From Chitinophaga pinensis (GTDB taxonomy: Bacteria; Bacteroidota; Bacteroidia; UKL13-3), in contig CALPIR020000001.1 in the NCBI GenBank assembly GCA_943323675.2, positions 1-37,970 on the forward strand: a DNA stretch of 37,970 nt. The letters are read 5' to 3'. The position numbers and the translations under genes were made by a program. This document shows positions 36,168 through 37,970 of the stretch, in pieces (position 1 is the stretch's first letter; every line of letters begins with the position of its first letter). The notes under the pieces are model-generated. The model saw only the letters and a program-made list of their open reading frames with translations, ran no database searches and was not told the DNA's origin.

Positions 36168-37247
36168 ATGAACAAAACGGAATTCATACAACTTATTCAA
36201 AATCATGATTTGCCTGCTGCAAAACATGTTGCAGCGCTTAAGCAAGTTGTGGCTGATTTCCCTTATTTCACCCAAGCTAGGGTTTTGTTGGCCAAAGCCT
36301 TACACAACGAAAAGCACTATGAGTATGAAAAGTTTTTAAAACAAACTGCTTTAGTTGTTCCTGATAGGGATGTATTGTACCACTACCTGCATAATCTCAC
36401 CCCGTATTGGCAATTGTCTCAGTTGTCTATTTCAAATGAACAATCGATTACTTTTGAACAAAACGAAATGGTTCCCGATTCGGGTCTTGTAGTTGAACAG
36501 TTGAAAGAAGAAGTTAATTTATCAATACAGGGTGTTACTGAAACTATAATTTCTGATGAAGACATTGAAGTAGTTCAAAGCAAAGAAGAGTTGGAGGTAG
36601 ACTTAGCAATTACAATATTATTGGAAGGAAGTAACATAGCTCCTCCGCAAGAAGAGGTTGCGTTAACCACACCCGTATCAATTGAAAAAGTTATTGAAGC
36701 AGAAGTTGAAACCTTGCCTACATCAATAGGAGAAATTAAAGAACAAGTCCCGGAGAAAGTTACTGAAGGTAGTGAAGAAGATGAGTTAAGCTTTGTAGAA
36801 TGGCTAAATCGTAAAAGTAATCCGAAAAAGAAATCAGAATCAACTCAACCATTAAAAGCGGATGAATTATATTCTGATGAAAAGACGGACGATAAACACA
36901 AGGAATTAAGAACAACTGCCTTGCCTGAGGTTACAAAAGCTGAAATAGAAGAGGCTGTTGCTAAGAGTAATGTGAACGATTTTCAGGGTATTTTAGACAA
37001 ATTTGTTAAAGAAAATCCAAGTATCAGTCGCCCCAAAGCGGAGTTTTTTAATCCAGTAAACATGGCACGGCAAAGTGTAGAGGAGGATGAGGAGCTTGTT
37101 ACAGAGACACTTGCTAATTTATTTTATAAACAGGGTAATCACAAAAAGGCAATCAAGGCATATGAAAAATTATGTTTGTTATATCCAAGCAAAATGACTT
37201 ATTTTGCGAGCCTTATACAAAAAATTAAAACAGAACTAAAAGACTAA
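36168..37247 (+). CDS. Hypothetical acidic protein with TPR-like N- and C-terminal helices
   Basis: 359 aa. It has a Glu-rich central low-complexity region and a C-terminal TPR-like segment, ETLANLFYKQGNHKKAIKAYEKLCLLYPS. Confidence 0.5.
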   Translation: MNKTEFIQLIQNHDLPAAKHVAALKQVVADFPYFTQARVLLAKALHNEKHYEYEKFLKQTALVVPDRDVLYHYLHNLTPYWQLSQLSISNEQSITFEQNEMVPDSGLVVEQLKEEVNLSIQGVTETIISDEDIEVVQSKEELEVDLAITILLEGSNIAPPQEEVALTTPVSIEKVIEAEVETLPTSIGEIKEQVPEKVTEGSEEDELSFVEWLNRKSNPKKKSESTQPLKADELYSDEKTDDKHKELRTTALPEVTKAEIEEAVAKSNVNDFQGILDKFVKENPSISRPKAEFFNPVNMARQSVEEDEELVTETLANLFYKQGNHKKAIKAYEKLCLLYPSKMTYFASLIQKIKTELKD

Positions 37248-37252
37248 TCACC

Positions 37253-37618
37253 ATGTATACAGTATTTTCAATCATCATCATTTTAGTGTGCATCTTGCTA
37301 ACACTTGTAGTATTAATTCAAAATCCAAAGGGTGGAGGAATTGCAGCGAACTTTGCATCTCCAAACCAAATTATGGGAGCTAAACGCAGCAGTGATGTTA
37401 TCGAAAAAGCCACATGGATATTAGCAGTAGTGCTTATCGTGTTTTCATTAGCAAGTAACTTTGTGCGTCCTTCAGTTAGCAGCGAAACGGATGCTCCAGA
37501 AAGCCGCATAAAAGATCAAATTGAAAACACCGCTGCCCCAGCACCACTTGCTGCTCCAGCTCAAACTGCTCCAGCAAACGGTGATGCTGCTCCAACCACT
37601 GCGCCTGCCAATCAATAA
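37253..37618 (+). CDS. secG: Preprotein translocase subunit SecG with Ala/Pro-rich C-terminal tail
   Basis: IIIILVCILLTLVVLIQNPKGGG is the SecG signature. It has a second TM and an APAPLAAPAQTAPANG tail. Confidence 0.9.
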   Translation: MYTVFSIIIILVCILLTLVVLIQNPKGGGIAANFASPNQIMGAKRSSDVIEKATWILAVVLIVFSLASNFVRPSVSSETDAPESRIKDQIENTAAPAPLAAPAQTAPANGDAAPTTAPANQ

Positions 37619-37646
37619 TTAAACTTTAAATAAAGTATATAAAAAA

Positions 37647-37672
37647 AGGTCTCGCATGCGAGACCTTTTTTA
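37647..37672 (+). terminator. Rho-independent terminator after secG
   Basis: The GC-rich palindrome aggtctcgcatgcgagacct is followed by ttttttat. Confidence 0.88.
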
Positions 37673-37862
37673 TGCCATTTATTTTAGGACAATTCAACGG
37701 GTTCAATAGTATATTATACTCTTTATTTTATTGAATTCAGTAGCAAGCCAGCTTCGATAATTTGGTCTTTTGATTTATTAAATCAGTGTTTCAATCGTTA
37801 TTACAAAAGCAAATCTTATTGAGTTTTGTCTAGACCCAGTTTGATTGCTTTAAGCTAACGTT

Positions 37863-37970
37863 TTAGAAATGCTTACGCAATCCAATACTTATACCCAACA
37901 TATACGGATGTTGCTTCACTGAATATTTATTATCGGTCATGCTGTTTAAACTATAACGTAAATAAGGCGC
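37863..37970 (-). CDS. 3' end of a gene continuing beyond the window; C-terminus resembles an outer-membrane beta-barrel protein
   Basis: My own translation of the minus strand is open from the window edge to a TAA at 37863-37865: ...YLRYSLNSMTDNKYSVKQHPYMLGISIGLRKHF*. The terminal aromatic Phe and alternating pattern are typical of OMP last strands. It is too short to be sure. Confidence 0.3.
   Translation of the reverse strand, partial: APYLRYSLNSMTDNKYSVKQHPYMLGISIGLRKHF

Noticed and set aside
1-37970. Search for CRISPR arrays, tRNA/rRNA genes, transposases, integrases, IS inverted repeats, prophage or defence-system genes
   Set aside because: No spaced direct-repeat arrays were seen. 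No cloverleaf-like GC-rich ~75-nt islands occur in the intergenic gaps (the largest gaps are 12878-13432, 29522-29779 and 37619-37862). No recombinase, nuclease or ATPase defence signatures were found, and composition is uniform. The window looks like core chromosome rather than an island. A covariance-model scan (Infernal/tRNAscan) would be needed to exclude small ncRNAs.

Overview
AT-rich chromosomal segment that looks like Bacteroidota. Supporting signs are a T9SS C-terminal sorting domain, TAnnTTTG-type promoter motifs, lipoprotein and OM beta-barrel genes mixed with housekeeping genes, and DUF4468 and DUF3050 families. It is densely coding with about 35 genes. These include gltX, metG, menD, menB, gltA, birA, coaX, rsfS, secG, lptC, lptE, radC and hutI, plus several transporters (ABC exporter, MATE, EamA). 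I found no tRNA or rRNA genes, CRISPR arrays, transposases, integrases or long repeats. The standout is a tightly packed four-gene minus-strand operon at 12877->5519. It encodes DabA (DUF2309, with a beta-carbonic-anhydrase-like Cys/Asp/His/Cys site), DabB (an orphan NuoL/Nad5-like proton-conducting membrane subunit), a SulP-STAS anion/bicarbonate-type transporter and an outer-membrane beta-barrel porin. I read it as an envelope-spanning inorganic-carbon (CO2/HCO3-) uptake module in a non-autotrophic context, preceded by an unusual GC-rich repeat and hairpin leader and a small membrane ORF. Secondary curiosities: a stand-alone B12-binding mutase subunit packed with a lipoprotein, a crotonase and a DUF3050 protein; an RsfS with a histone-H1-like Lys/Ala tail; and a pentapeptide-repeat protein coupled to an orphan hutI. 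All family assignments come from motif recognition by eye. No database search was run.
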